Positions 1 through 10,636 of a DNA stretch of 59,788 bases are shown here, one piece after another. Made by a program: the position numbers and the translations under genes. Position 1 is the first letter of the stretch; each line of letters starts with the position of its first letter. The stretch is from an uncultured Clostridia bacterium (GTDB lineage Bacteria > Bacillota > Clostridia > TANB77 > CAG-508), in contig CALXVK010000001.1 in assembly GCA_944391975.1 (NCBI GenBank), forward strand, positions 1 to 59,788, in the 5' to 3' direction. The notes beneath the pieces were generated by a model, which saw nothing but the letters and a program-made list of their open reading frames with translations, had not been told where the DNA came from and did no database searches.

Positions 1-203
1 TTAAAAATCAATGAGGCGTGCTTTTGCACGTTGATTTGATTTTTAATGCAGTCCAACAACGCAAGACGAAGTTTATTCATTTATTCTTTAATTTTAAAAA
101 GAAACAAGTATTGCTAGGCGGACAAGTTAAAAATCAATGAGGCGTGCTTTTGCACGTTGATTTGATTTTTAATGCAGTCCAACAACGCAAGACGAAGTTT
201 ATT
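1..203. repeat. Two identical 77-bp direct repeats (1-77 and 127-203, 126-bp period), each carrying a long imperfect hairpin
   Basis: The same 77-nt string ttaaaaatcaatgaggcgtg...gacgaagtttatt starts at position 1 and at 127. Each copy has the internal inverted repeats ttaaaaatcaa/ttgatttttaa and cgtgc-tttt-gcacg. Copy 1 starts at the window edge, so more copies may lie upstream. Confidence 0.9.
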
Positions 204-212
204 TTTAAAATT

Positions 213-455
213 AACACAAAAAAAGCTATTTTATCCTATATACTTAGGACGAAATAGCTTTAAATTCCGCGGTACCACCTAATTTGAGAATTAATCTCCA
301 CTTAATTTATCTTTAACGCAAGATTTTAACGACTTACATTACTATTATTTCACATAAGCAACTCCAAGGTGATAATAAATATATCCATTTACTAGAATCT
401 CAGCACCCTCTAGCTCTCTTAAAACTTACAATATTTATCGTGTCCTCTTCACAGT
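213..455 (-). promoter_or_regulatory. T-box riboswitch leader (specifier codon not resolved)
   Basis: The minus strand carries the conserved T-box sequence aattaGGTGGTACCGCGgaat (plus 262-285). It is followed by a terminator hairpin aaagctatttcgtcctaag...aaaatagcttttttt (plus 213-258). A stem-I-like AGAGAG...GGTGCTGAGA...AGTA lies upstream (plus about 365-430). The regulated gene lies to the left, beyond the repeats or off the window. Confidence 0.75.
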
Positions 456-521
456 CTTTATTTTAAATATAAAATATAATATCACGTATTTTGCTTTTTT
501 TCAAGAGTTTTTATAATTTTT

Positions 522-1361
522 TTACCAATCACTATCCCAATCTGTTGATCCAGAATCCCATGATGAACCCGAATCCCAAGATGAGCTTGAATCCCAATCA
601 CTATCATATGATGAAGAAGATGAAGAGCTTGGAGCTTCATAATAAGATGTATCACTAAAATCATCAACTCCATAACTTGAATAATATGAATTAGATTCAT
701 AATAATCTGAATAATTATCTTTTAAACCATCTGGTGCAGACGACTTATACCATCCATCATAATCATCATATTCATACCATGTTCCACTTTGATAATAATA
801 ATAGCTATTGCCATAGTAATAATATCCTCTATTAGGTGTAAATTTTGAAACAAACATTGTTGCAAAGATTAAAATAAAAAAGAAAAATATAAAAGCAATT
901 AGACATCCACTCATATTATGCTTATATGGTCTTTTACTATTGTAATTTACATTTTCTACATAAGATCTTACTACTGTTTTATTTAAATTATTTCTTTTTT
1001 GTTTTATTATCTCTTCTTTAAGTTTTAAATATATTTCATTTACAGCATAAGCTTCATCTTTTCCCTCATATCTTATACTACGTGTTCCATCAGATTTATT
1101 TTTATAAACTATAAAATTTCCTGTTGATTTATCCTGATAAATACCAAATGCTTTTGGTTCCTTATAATCTACCCCAATAAAAAACCTAGTTATATCCTGT
1201 ATTGGTAAATTATGTTCTTTATACCATTGTTTTAATTCAGCAATCGTTGTAGGTGTGCCTATCGCTTTTCGTTGTAAATGTTCGTTTACTGCCCCACAAT
1301 TTGGACATTTTTCCTCAGTATCACTAATATATGAACCACAATATTCGCATTTAACTTTCAT
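522..1361 (-). CDS. Zinc-ribbon membrane protein with a Tyr-rich and a Ser/Asp/Trp-rich C-terminal tail
   Basis: The ORF encodes an N-terminal CxxC...CxxC motif (CEYCGS...CPNCGA) and one TM segment (CLIAFIFFFFILIFATMFV). The tail reads GYYYYGNSYYYYQ...SSSSSSYDSDWDSSSSWDSGSSWDSGSTDWDSDW. I chose the ATG at 1361 because it follows the RBS tggggga; the track start at 1376 is a TTG. Confidence 0.7.
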   Translation of the reverse strand: MKVKCEYCGSYISDTEEKCPNCGAVNEHLQRKAIGTPTTIAELKQWYKEHNLPIQDITRFFIGVDYKEPKAFGIYQDKSTGNFIVYKNKSDGTRSIRYEGKDEAYAVNEIYLKLKEEIIKQKRNNLNKTVVRSYVENVNYNSKRPYKHNMSGCLIAFIFFFFILIFATMFVSKFTPNRGYYYYGNSYYYYQSGTWYEYDDYDGWYKSSAPDGLKDNYSDYYESNSYYSSYGVDDFSDTSYYEAPSSSSSSSYDSDWDSSSSWDSGSSWDSGSTDWDSDW

Positions 1362-1391
1362 ATTTAAATCCCCCAATTTCTTTTATATATA

Positions 1392-2832
1392 TTATTTATT
1401 TTCCAATTTTCTTGCAAGTTCAACTCCTGAACAAGATGCCATCATAAGACCTCTTGTCATACCACAACCATCGCCAATAGCATAAAGACCATTCACACTT
1501 GTTTCAAAATCATTATCTAAAACAACTTCATTACTATAAAATTTAATTTCAGGACCATACAGCAAATTATCTGGGTTTGCAAATCCTTCAACAATTTTAT
1601 CCATATCACAAATAAATTTAATTATATCTGTCATTGTTCTATATCCAATTGCAAAAGTAATATCACCTGCTACTGCTGATTTTAAAGTAGGTCTAACTGA
1701 ATTCTCTTCTAATTCATAATCCCATGTTCTTTTTCCTCTAAAAATATCTCCTAATCTTTGAACTACAATATTTCCTGCTCCCAGTTCATTTAAGTTTTTA
1801 GCAACATTTCTTCCATAATCAATAGGTTTATCAAATGGATATGTAAAATGATGTGAAACTAAAATCGCTAAATTTGTATTTTTACTTTTTTTATCTTTGT
1901 ATGAATGTCCATTTACTAAAGCCATATCCCCATCATATACTTCTGATGATACAAATCCACTAGGATTTTGGCAAAATGTTCTTACTTTATCTTTAAAAGG
2001 ATGTGGTCTTCCAATAAATTTTCCTTCATACATATATTTATTAACTTTTTCCATTATTTTATCTGGAAGCTCATATCTAATTCCAATATCTACAACTCCT
2101 GGTCTTGTTTCTATATTATGTTTTTCACACATATCAACAAGCCAATTTGCACCTTTTCTTCCGAACTGCTATAACAACTTTATTAGCATATATCTCTTCA
2201 AAATCACTAAATTCATCGTCTTCAGCAAACCTAGCTGGTTTAATTTTTACACCTTTTATTTTATTATTTTCAACTATTAAATCTTGAACAATAGTCTCAA
2301 ATTTCATTTCTATTCCATTTTTATTTAAGTAATCTTCTATTTTTTTATAAAGCTCATGAGCTTTTTCCGTTCCTAAATGTCTTATTGGAATACTAATCAA
2401 ATCTATTCCTTGCTTTTTTGCTTTTGCTTTCATCTTACTAACTTCATCTTTATATTCTACACCTTCTAATTTTTTATCAGCTCCAAAATCCAAATAAATT
2501 TTGTCAGTATAATCAATTAATCTTTTGGCTTTTTCAACTCCAACATATTTATGCAAATTTCCTCCCACATAAATATCATCATCTTCTTCATTATATAAAG
2601 AAAGTTTTCCATCTGAAAAAGCTCCAGCCCCTGAAAATCCGCTAGTTATATTGCAAAACGGCTTACATTTTATGCATTTTCCAATTTGTTCTATAGGGCA
2701 ATTTCTTTTTTCTACTTGTTTTCCTTGATCAATAAGTAAAATATTTTTTGTTTTATTTAATTTTAAATATTCATAAGCAAAAAACACACTACTTGGTCCC
2801 ATTCCAACAACAATAATATCATATTTTTTCAT
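1392..2832 (-). CDS. FAD-dependent oxidoreductase (COG2509-like); needs a +1 shift at in-frame CGG (plus 2161-2163)
   Basis: The N-terminus has the dinucleotide-binding motif DIIVVGMGPSS. The two track ORFs (2134..2853 and 1392..2132) join as ..VVIAV-G-RKGANWLVDMCEKH.. if the C of GTT CGG AAG is skipped. The RBS ggaggaagg precedes the ATG at 2832. Confidence 0.8.
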
Positions 2833-3025
2833 AAGCCTTCCTCCTTTTTGCATATAATTTCAAGCACTTTGATTATATCATAAATCATAATATTTACAAT
2901 ATAAAAAAACTGTTTTTAAAATATATGCAAAAACATATAAATATTTTTATAAAATTTGTATATTTTTAAGCTTTATAGTATACTATTATTGTGATTTAAT
3001 TTTTATAAAAAGTGAGGTGAATTTT

Positions 3026-3715
3026 ATGTTAGGATATGAAAGCGAAAATGATCCCATTATTATATCTGACACATCTGATTATCTTACAAAAACATTTTTT
3101 AGAATGTTTTTAGGATTATTAGCCACTGCTTTTGCTGCAGGTTATACCTATTATTCTGGCTTACTTGCTCCAATAATTGAAAGTGGTGCATTTGTAATGT
3201 TTTTTATTGTTGAATTTATATTAGTTATAGCTTTTTCTGCTGGCTTTAGAAAATTTTCAGCTGGAGTAGTAACAGCTTTGTTTTTTGCATATTCTATAGT
3301 TAATGGTATAACTTTTTCAACATTGTTCGCATATTTTGAACTTAGTTCAATTGTATATGCATTTATTGGTTCAGCTGCTATTTTTGGTATTATGGCTTTA
3401 ATTGGAAAAAATACTAAAGCAGATTTATCAAGTTTTGGAACTATACTTTCTGTAACATTATTAGTTGGATGTGTAGTTTCTGTAATTAACTTATTTATTG
3501 GAAATGGTTTAGTAGATATTGCATTAGATTGGATTATTTTATTTGTATTCATGGGATTTACAATGTATGATATGAATAAATTAACTCATTTGCATAATGA
3601 AGGAGTTATGAATGAAGAAAAATTATATGTTTATGGTGCTATGGAACTTTACCTAGATTTTATTAACATATTTATAAGACTCCTTTCAATTTTTGGAAAT
3701 GTTAGAAGAGATTAA
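3026..3715 (+). CDS. BAX inhibitor-1/YccA family membrane protein
   Basis: The protein has seven hydrophobic segments and a family-typical C-terminus (MYDMNKL...YVYGAMELYLDFINIFIRLL). The RBS gtgaggtga lies 5 nt before the ATG at 3026. Confidence 0.85.
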   Translation: MLGYESENDPIIISDTSDYLTKTFFRMFLGLLATAFAAGYTYYSGLLAPIIESGAFVMFFIVEFILVIAFSAGFRKFSAGVVTALFFAYSIVNGITFSTLFAYFELSSIVYAFIGSAAIFGIMALIGKNTKADLSSFGTILSVTLLVGCVVSVINLFIGNGLVDIALDWIILFVFMGFTMYDMNKLTHLHNEGVMNEEKLYVYGAMELYLDFINIFIRLLSIFGNVRRD

Positions 3716-3751
3716 AAATAAGGACGATTTACAAATCGTCCTTATTTTTTT
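3714..3751. terminator. Bidirectional rho-independent terminator between convergent genes
   Basis: The hairpin is aataaggacgattt/aaatcgtccttatt, flanked by an A-run and a T-run. Confidence 0.8.
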
Positions 3752-4427
3752 AGACTACATATAATAAAACACAGAAAAAATGTAAAATGCTAGCTAGCAA
3801 TATACATAAATGAAAAATTGAATGCATCCATTTATGTTTTTTTCCTAAGCCATAAAGAATAGCTCCAATTGTATAAATTATTCCACCAAGTACTAATAAT
3901 ATAAATCCCGTTGTTCCTAATAATGTAGGAAGTACATTTACTTTAAAGACTATGCACCATCCCATTATTAAATAACAAATCATAGAAAAAGTTTTGTATT
4001 TTTTTAAGTCAATTCCATTTAATACAATTCCAATAATTGCCATAAGCCATACAATTCCAAATATTGTCCATCCTAAAGCTGTATTATATTCTCTTAATGT
4101 ACATAAAGCAAATGGAGTATAGCATCCTGCAATCATAATAAAAATCGTACAATGATCTAAAACTTGAAAAACTCTTTTTGCAAATAGATTTTTACTAAGT
4201 CCGTGATAAACACTTGACATTGTATATAGTAAAACAAGTGAAACTCCATAAATAACTCCACTTAGAACACCATATGCATTATGATGAATTGCTGCAAAAA
4301 CACTACATAAAACAATTGCCACAATTCCTAATAATACCCCTATGATATGTGAAGTCATATTAAAAATCTCTTCACCTTTTGTATAAACAGGAAGAATTCT
4401 ATCTTTTAATTTTGTTCTTTTTGACAT
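3750..4427 (-). CDS. Hemolysin III / PAQR family channel protein
   Basis: This is a 7-TM protein with family-like motifs (NMTSHIIG, SSVYHGLS, DHCTIFIMIAGCYTPF, WMHSIFHL). Confidence 0.85.
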   Translation of the reverse strand: MSKRTKLKDRILPVYTKGEEIFNMTSHIIGVLLGIVAIVLCSVFAAIHHNAYGVLSGVIYGVSLVLLYTMSSVYHGLSKNLFAKRVFQVLDHCTIFIMIAGCYTPFALCTLREYNTALGWTIFGIVWLMAIIGIVLNGIDLKKYKTFSMICYLIMGWCIVFKVNVLPTLLGTTGFILLVLGGIIYTIGAILYGLGKKHKWMHSIFHLCILLASILHFFCVLLYVV

Positions 4428-4455
4428 AGATTAAATCCCTTCATAATTTTAATTT

Positions 4456-5910
4456 TTAATTAACATACCTACTATCTTTTACCCAAACAGAAACGCTTCC
4501 TCCATTACAAAAGAAGTTTCCATTTCCTTCTCCATCAATATATACTTTTTCTTCCGTATTTCCTAAATAATCAAAAAACATTGTATTTGCAAATTTTTTT
4601 CCAATATTCATAGTTATCATTCCACCATCTTTGTCACTCATAACAACTGCCAAACCAGAGTCTGAATGTTCAAAATCACCTTGTCGTACAAATCCTATAA
4701 CACTTTGATCATAGAAATAATCTATTTGTTCTCCATATGCAAAATATTTTCTTAATTTTAATAATTTATCTAAAACTTCATTTTTAGCTACAACTTCCTT
4801 TGCAGGAATTCCATAATAATCACCATAAAATACACATGGTAATCCTTCTTGCCTTAATAAAATTAATGAATATGCTAAAGGCTTAAACCAGTCTAAAACC
4901 CATGATTCCAAAGCCTGACCTGGTTCAGTATCATGATTATCGACAAAAGTAACTGCTTTATCAGAATTTTCTTTTACTAAAGTTCCTTCAAAAATTTCGC
5001 TCATATTAAATTCGCCATTACTAATTGAAGCTTTAAAAAAGTTATAATGAAGCGGAACATCAAATAAACTCATTTTATATTCTGTTTTTTCAAGATAATT
5101 TTTTAATATATCACTATTAATGGTCCAATATTCTCCTACCGCAAAAATTTCCTTATCACTAATTTTTTGTATCTCATCTAACCATTCTGGAAAAAAATCA
5201 GCTCTTATATGTTTTACTGCATCTAACCTATATCCATCAACACCTGTAAATTCAAAATACCATTTTCCCCAATTAATAAGCTCATTTGATACATCATTAT
5301 TATTCATATCAATATCAGCACCCATTAGATAATCAAAATTTCCTTTTTCTTGGTCAACTTCTTTATCCCACTTCTTGCCATAAAATTTAAATACTGATGC
5401 TCTTTTAGTTTGCTCATCCCAATCAACGCCATGAAAATGAGTCCAATCCCATTTAAAGTTTGAATATTTATCTCCTCTTCCTGGGAATGTATATTTAGTC
5501 CAAGCTTTAATTGGTACAGCAGATGTAATACTAACGTTTCTATTATTTACATCATCCTGAATAGCTAAAACTTCTTCACATTCATCTGCACCAAGTTTAT
5601 GATTTAAAACAATATCTGCTAGAACTTTTATATTATTTTCTTTTAATATTCTTATTGCATTTAAATATTCATCTTTTGTTCCATATTTTGTTGGTATAGA
5701 ACCTTTTTGATCAAACTCTCCTAAGTCATATAAATCATATACACCATAACCAACATCATTTTTTCCTGCAGCTCCTTTATATGCAGGTGGAAGCCATATA
5801 TAATTAATTCCTAAGTTTGATAAGTGACTAGCATCCTCACTTACTTTATTCCAAAGATTTGAATCAGGTGGCAAATACCATTCAAAATACTGGATTAAGC
5901 AGTTATTCAC
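4456..5910 (-). CDS. Cytoplasmic alpha-amylase, glycoside hydrolase family 13
   Basis: GH13 signature regions are present: VLADIVLNHK, GYRLDAVKHI, FAVGEYW, FVDNHDTEPGQ. There is no signal peptide. The start is a GTG preceded by an aggagg RBS. Confidence 0.9.
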   Translation of the reverse strand: MNNCLIQYFEWYLPPDSNLWNKVSEDASHLSNLGINYIWLPPAYKGAAGKNDVGYGVYDLYDLGEFDQKGSIPTKYGTKDEYLNAIRILKENNIKVLADIVLNHKLGADECEEVLAIQDDVNNRNVSITSAVPIKAWTKYTFPGRGDKYSNFKWDWTHFHGVDWDEQTKRASVFKFYGKKWDKEVDQEKGNFDYLMGADIDMNNNDVSNELINWGKWYFEFTGVDGYRLDAVKHIRADFFPEWLDEIQKISDKEIFAVGEYWTINSDILKNYLEKTEYKMSLFDVPLHYNFFKASISNGEFNMSEIFEGTLVKENSDKAVTFVDNHDTEPGQALESWVLDWFKPLAYSLILLRQEGLPCVFYGDYYGIPAKEVVAKNEVLDKLLKLRKYFAYGEQIDYFYDQSVIGFVRQGDFEHSDSGLAVVMSDKDGGMITMNIGKKFANTMFFDYLGNTEEKVYIDGEGNGNFFCNGGSVSVWVKDSRYVN

Positions 5911-5959
5911 TGTTTTATTCCTCCTAATTTAATTTAATCTTCTGTAATTATTATTATCA

Positions 5960-8246
5960 TTATTGTGTATCTGTAAGTTCTTCTTTTACTACAATTGTAA
6001 CTATGGTTCCTTCTTCTACTTCTTTTCCTGATATAATACTTTGAGACACAACAACTCCAGTTGTTCCTTCAACTATTACATTTAAATTACTATTTTGCAA
6101 TGTTGAAGTAGCGCTTGATATCGACATACCTTTTACATCAGGAACTGTAACAGATGTTCTGACATCATTTTCACTTGTATATAAATAAACAGTTGAACCA
6201 TTTTCTAGGTAACTACCTGCTTTTGGCATTTGATCTGTAACTATAGTTGTACTCTCATCTATTCCAGATGGAACTATTACATCAAATCCATTTGCTTCTA
6301 ATTTTGATCTAGCAGATGCTACAGTTTGACCTGTAACGCTTGATACATATGAACCTGTTGATTCTGTTACAGTAGCTTCTGTATTATCTGTATCTGAAGG
6401 ATTTGTTGATGTAACTCCTAAATAAGGTAAAACTTCTGATAATATTTCACCAACAACCGGTCCACAAACTGTTCCTCCTTGATGCTCTTGTTCCTCTGTT
6501 AATCCATATAAAGCTAAAAAGCAAACCACTTCTGTATTTTCTGTTGGAGAAATACCTATAAATGAAGCAACATATCCTTCTTCTTCTTTTCCAACAGGTG
6601 GTTCTGAAGTTCCACTTTTTCCTCCTATTTCATATCCACTAACAGCTGCATGTCCGCCAGTTCCATCAGTTACTACTGATTTCATCATATCTCTTATTTG
6701 GCTAGAAGTTTCCTCTGAAATTACATGTCTTACTTCTGTTGTATCAACTGTTGTAACTGATCCTGTATCTGTATTTTCAATTTGTTTTACTATTTTGGGT
6801 TCAACCAAAGTTCCACCATTTACAACAGAAGATACTGCTGTAACTAATTGAAGCGGTGTAATTGAAAATCTTTGACCAAAAGACATAGTTGCAAGTTCAA
6901 TTGGACCTACTTTTGACTCTTCTGTAAAAATTGATGATGGTGTATATGCTATATCTGAACCAATTCGGTCAAATAAACCAAATGCTTTAAAATATTTATA
7001 AAGTGTTGATGTACCAATTCTTTGTCCTAATTGCATAAATGCTGGGTTACATGATCCTTCTAAAGCTCCTCTTAATGAAAGATCTCCATGAGGATCATAA
7101 TATCTCCAACAAGCTATTGGAGGTTCACCTTCTACAACTGTATAATATCCTGTACAAGTAAAATCTCCTTCAGTATCAGTTTCAACAACACCTTCTTCTA
7201 GTCCAATTGCAGAAATTAAAAGTTTAAATGTTGAACCTGGTTCATATAGATATGAAACATTTTTATTTGCCCATAATTCATAAAAAGCATCATTTTTTGA
7301 TTCTGTATCTAATGTATCCCAAACATCTGATAATCCTGTTGTAGTAATATCTTGAGGATTATTCAAATCATAATCAGGATAATTTGCCATTGCTAATATT
7401 TCTCCATTTTGAGGGTTCATTATAATAACTCCACCATATTCTGCGTTATTTTCTTCAACTGCTTCTTGTAAATATTTTTCAGCAATTCCTTGAACCGTAG
7501 AATCTATAGTTAAGTATATGTTACTTCCATTTTCTGACGCAACATATTCTTCTAATTCATCTGATATAGCTTCACCATTAACATCTGACGTTACTGTTAA
7601 TTGTCCTGATGTTCCTGTTAAAACAGAATTCCATCTTTCTTCTAATCCATATAAACCTGTATTATCAGTTCCACAAAATCCAATTAATGTTGATGCCAAA
7701 GTATCATTAGGATAATATCTTTTATAATCTTCATCTATATTAATTCCTGATGATATTCCTTCTTCTTTCATCCAAGTTTGAAGTTCTGATATTTTATCTG
7801 ATTCAACTTTTCTTGCTATAACAACTACTGATGAATCACTTTCTAATTTAGAAAGTGCATCTTCATATGTGACATCTTCAAAAATTTCTGAAAACTTTGT
7901 AGCTAAAGTTTCATTATCAACTTCTGTATTATTAGAATATTTTATTTGTCCAGGATTTACAGAAACCGTATCAACACTAACGCTTACCGCTAATACTTCT
8001 CCGATTTTTATCATAAATAGTTCCTCTATTAGGACTTATAATCTCACTTGTAGTTTGTTGGCTATATGCTGCTTGTTTATATTCTTCACCTTTTACAGCA
8101 ACTATATATGTCATTTTTCCAATTACACAAGCAAAACCAATTGTAATAATAGCTCCTAATAAAGCCATTCTAATTCTAACATTTCTATTTTCTTTTATAA
8201 TCTCTTGCTTATTTTTCTTTTTTTTCTTACTAGCTATATCTCTCAC
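5960..8246 (-). CDS. Class B penicillin-binding protein (FtsI/PBP2B/SpoVD-like) with two C-terminal PASTA domains; needs a +1 shift at in-frame CGG (plus 8001-8003)
   Basis: The protein has a TM anchor, the transpeptidase motifs STFK, SCN and KSGT, and two PASTA repeats. ORFs 7977..8246 and 5960..8014 join as ..PNRGTIYDKN-G-EVLAVSV.. when the C of AAT CGG AGA is skipped. The exact start is uncertain (GTG at 8246, poor RBS). Confidence 0.85.
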
Positions 8247-8431
8247 CTTCTTATATCTTTAGTTTTTTGATATTATATCATTACTGATTTTTTATATCAA
8301 CCAAATTAGCCAAAAAATATAATTTAATAAAATATCAATTTTAATTTTACATATAAATAGGCTTTATTAAAGATTTTAAATCAAATAACTTAAAAATACA
8401 TAAAAAATGTTTAAAATTCGTAATTTTAAAA

Positions 8432-8460
8432 TTGACAAAACAAATTTGAAATAATATAAT
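8432..8460 (+). promoter_or_regulatory. Sigma-A type promoter for the ferredoxin gene
   Basis: TTGACA (8432-8437), a 17-nt spacer, then TATAAT (8455-8460). Confidence 0.7.
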
Positions 8461-8531
8461 ATTTTAAATCATACAAAAGTGAAATTTATAATTAAATTTA
8501 AATTTTACTTAAGGAAGGAGGCTATATTAAA

Positions 8532-8705
8532 ATGGCTTATAAAATTAATCCAGAAAAATGCATTAGCTGCGGAGCTTGTGAAGGTGCTTGCCCAGTAAGT
8601 TGCATAAAACAAGGAGATACATGCTATGTAATAGATAAAAGTACATGCATAGAGTGTGGTACATGCGCTGGAGTATGTCCAGTAGGAGCACCAGATTTAG
8701 AATAA
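8532..8705 (+). CDS. 2x[4Fe-4S] ferredoxin (57 aa; below the ORF-track length cutoff)
   Basis: My translation is MAYKINPEKCISCGACEGACPVSCIKQGDTCYVIDKSTCIECGTCAGVCPVGAPDLE, with two CxxCxxCxxxCP motifs. The RBS aaggaaggagg lies upstream. Confidence 0.9.
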   Translation: MAYKINPEKCISCGACEGACPVSCIKQGDTCYVIDKSTCIECGTCAGVCPVGAPDLE

Positions 8706-8718
8706 TTAAATAAAAAAA

Positions 8719-8752
8719 TTCCCAATCATATATAGATTGGGATTATTTTTTT
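8719..8752 (+). terminator. Rho-independent terminator of the ferredoxin gene
   Basis: Stem cccaatc/gattggg followed by a T-run. Confidence 0.7.
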
Positions 8753-8754
8753 AA

Positions 8755-8801
8755 TTTAGGGACACTGTGGCATTTTTTCCGCACTCCAGAGTGTCCCTAA
8801 A
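8755..8801. terminator. 12-bp-stem hairpin between ferredoxin and yaaT (possible terminator)
   Basis: The arms tttagggacact...agtgtccctaaa are a perfect inverted repeat. The T-run is only weak. Confidence 0.4.
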
Positions 8802-8810
8802 TTTCATTTT

Positions 8811-9734
8811 TTAGTAATCATTTTCTGATTTTTCTGTTTTATCTAATTTCTCAAGTTCTTCTAGTTCTCTTAAATCTTCTTCATTTTCCACGTCTTTTGC
8901 AGTAATTTTATCATCTACTTCTACATCTTTTAAAACAGTTACATCTTTTGCATCATATTTCTTAAAAAATGTATCTTCACCATCTTTAAATTTAATTCTT
9001 AATCTTTCTTTTAAAGTTTCAATAGAAACAACTTCTCCAACTCCATCTTCTGTTTTTACAGTTGCTCCTACTTTTGGAAGACTTTTTATTTTATCTGTAT
9101 AAACACATTCTTCATATTTAAGGCAACACATAAGTCTACCACAATTTCCAGAAATTTTAGAAGGATTTAAAGAAATATTTTGTTCTTTAGCCATTTTTAT
9201 AGAAACTGTTTCAAAATTATTTAAAAACTTAGTACAGCATAATTCTCTACCACAAACGCCACAGCCACCAATTCTTCTAACTTCATCTCTAACTCCTATT
9301 TGTCGTAGTTCAATTCTTGTTTTAAAAATTGCTGCCAAATCTTTTACAAGCTCTCTAAAATCAATTCTTCCATCAGCTGTAAAGTAAAATATAACTTTGC
9401 TTCCATCAAATTTATATTCAACTTCAACCAATTTCATTTTTAATCCATGTTCTTTAACTTTCTTTTCAAAGATTTCTTTGGCTTCTGGCTCTTTAGCTTT
9501 ATTTTCTTTATACATTTTTCTATCTTTATCATTAACTATTCTAATAACTTTTTTTAATGGTTCAGTAATTTTATCATCTTCAACTTCTTTAAAAGGTATT
9601 ACAACTTCGCCAAATTCTTCCCCCATTGCTGTATCTACTATTACATTCATTTCTTTTTCTAATTTAAAATCTAATGGGTCAAAATAATATGTTTTACCTG
9701 TTTTCTTAAATTTAACTCCTGTAATTTTTCTCAT
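8811..9734 (-). CDS. yaaT: PSP1-domain protein YaaT/RicT
   Basis: The protein has a PSP1 C-terminal domain with a Cys cluster (GGCGVCGRELCCTKFL...GNCGRLMCCLKYE). It sits in the conserved position immediately downstream of holB. Confidence 0.9.
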   Translation of the reverse strand: MRKITGVKFKKTGKTYYFDPLDFKLEKEMNVIVDTAMGEEFGEVVIPFKEVEDDKITEPLKKVIRIVNDKDRKMYKENKAKEPEAKEIFEKKVKEHGLKMKLVEVEYKFDGSKVIFYFTADGRIDFRELVKDLAAIFKTRIELRQIGVRDEVRRIGGCGVCGRELCCTKFLNNFETVSIKMAKEQNISLNPSKISGNCGRLMCCLKYEECVYTDKIKSLPKVGATVKTEDGVGEVVSIETLKERLRIKFKDGEDTFFKKYDAKDVTVLKDVEVDDKITAKDVENEEDLRELEELEKLDKTEKSENDY

Positions 9735-10621
9735 TTAAGTTCCTCCAAATATTATATATCAAATTATCTATACTCATGTCCAAATTTGCATTAGACTTCA
9801 ATTTATTTATACAATCATTTACTTGATTAATACATTCTAAAAAATATATATTTTCTTCAGACTTTGCATACAAACACACTACTAAATAATCTAAGATTTC
9901 AAAAATCTTTTCTTTATTATATAAAAATTTTGAGTCTAAAAAAATAGAAATAATATCCTTCTTTTTCATATTATCTATAAGTATATCTATTTGTGAATAC
10001 AATTCTTCATTTTCTTTAAGATTAATCGCCTTTCCAATACTACCTCCAAATGCTTTTAACATATTTTCAGTAATTTTTTCATATCCTAAATTATTTTTTG
10101 CATAATCTATTAATTCTCTATCTTCAATATTTGAAAACTTAATTTTCATACATCTTGATTTAATTGTATTTAAAATCAAATTTTCATTTGATGATATAAG
10201 AATTATAGTTACAAACTCTGGCGGTTCTTCTAAAGTCTTTAGTAAACAATTTTGAGCCTCTTTTGTTATTTTTTCACTATCATTAATAATATATACTTTT
10301 CGATTTGAAACAATAGGTTTTTCTATCACTTTATTGATAAGATTTCTAATTTGTTCAATTTTAATAGTTTCACCTATTTCATTAATTATTTCAAAATCCG
10401 GATGATTATTTCCATCAAAACATATACAAGATTTACAATTACAGTTATCCTCATTTGGACTTAAACAAAGAATATATTTGGCAAACTCTTTTGCTATTTT
10501 AAGTTTGCCGAATACCTTCTGTTCCAATGAACATATAACTATGTAATATATTATTATTTTCTATACTTTTTCTTAAGTAATTTTTAACGTTTTCGTTTCC
10601 AATTACATCTTTAAATTTCAA
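9712..10621 (-). CDS. holB: DNA polymerase III delta-prime subunit; needs a +1 shift at in-frame CGG (plus 10508-10510)
   Basis: The upstream frame (TTG start at 10621 after the RBS aaagga) encodes KFKDVIGNENVKNYLRKSIENNNILHSYMFIGTEGI. That frame then reads CGG CAA ACT TAA. Skipping the C gives -G-KLKIAKEFAKYILC.., the clamp-loader GxxGxGK motif. The rest matches track ORF 9712..10527. Confidence 0.85.
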
Positions 10622-10636
10622 TTGCTTATCCTTTCT

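Noticed and set aside
1-203. The 77-bp direct repeats as a CRISPR array.
   Set aside because: - Only two copies are visible.
- The repeat is far longer than CRISPR repeats, with a 49-bp spacer.
- There are no cas genes in the window.
- The repeats lie inside a riboswitch-to-gene leader.
482-700. A 72-aa minus-strand ORF overlapping the 3' end of the zinc-ribbon protein gene.
   Set aside because: It is an alternative frame of the Ser/Asp/Trp repeat region and is explained by the longer ORF 522..1361.
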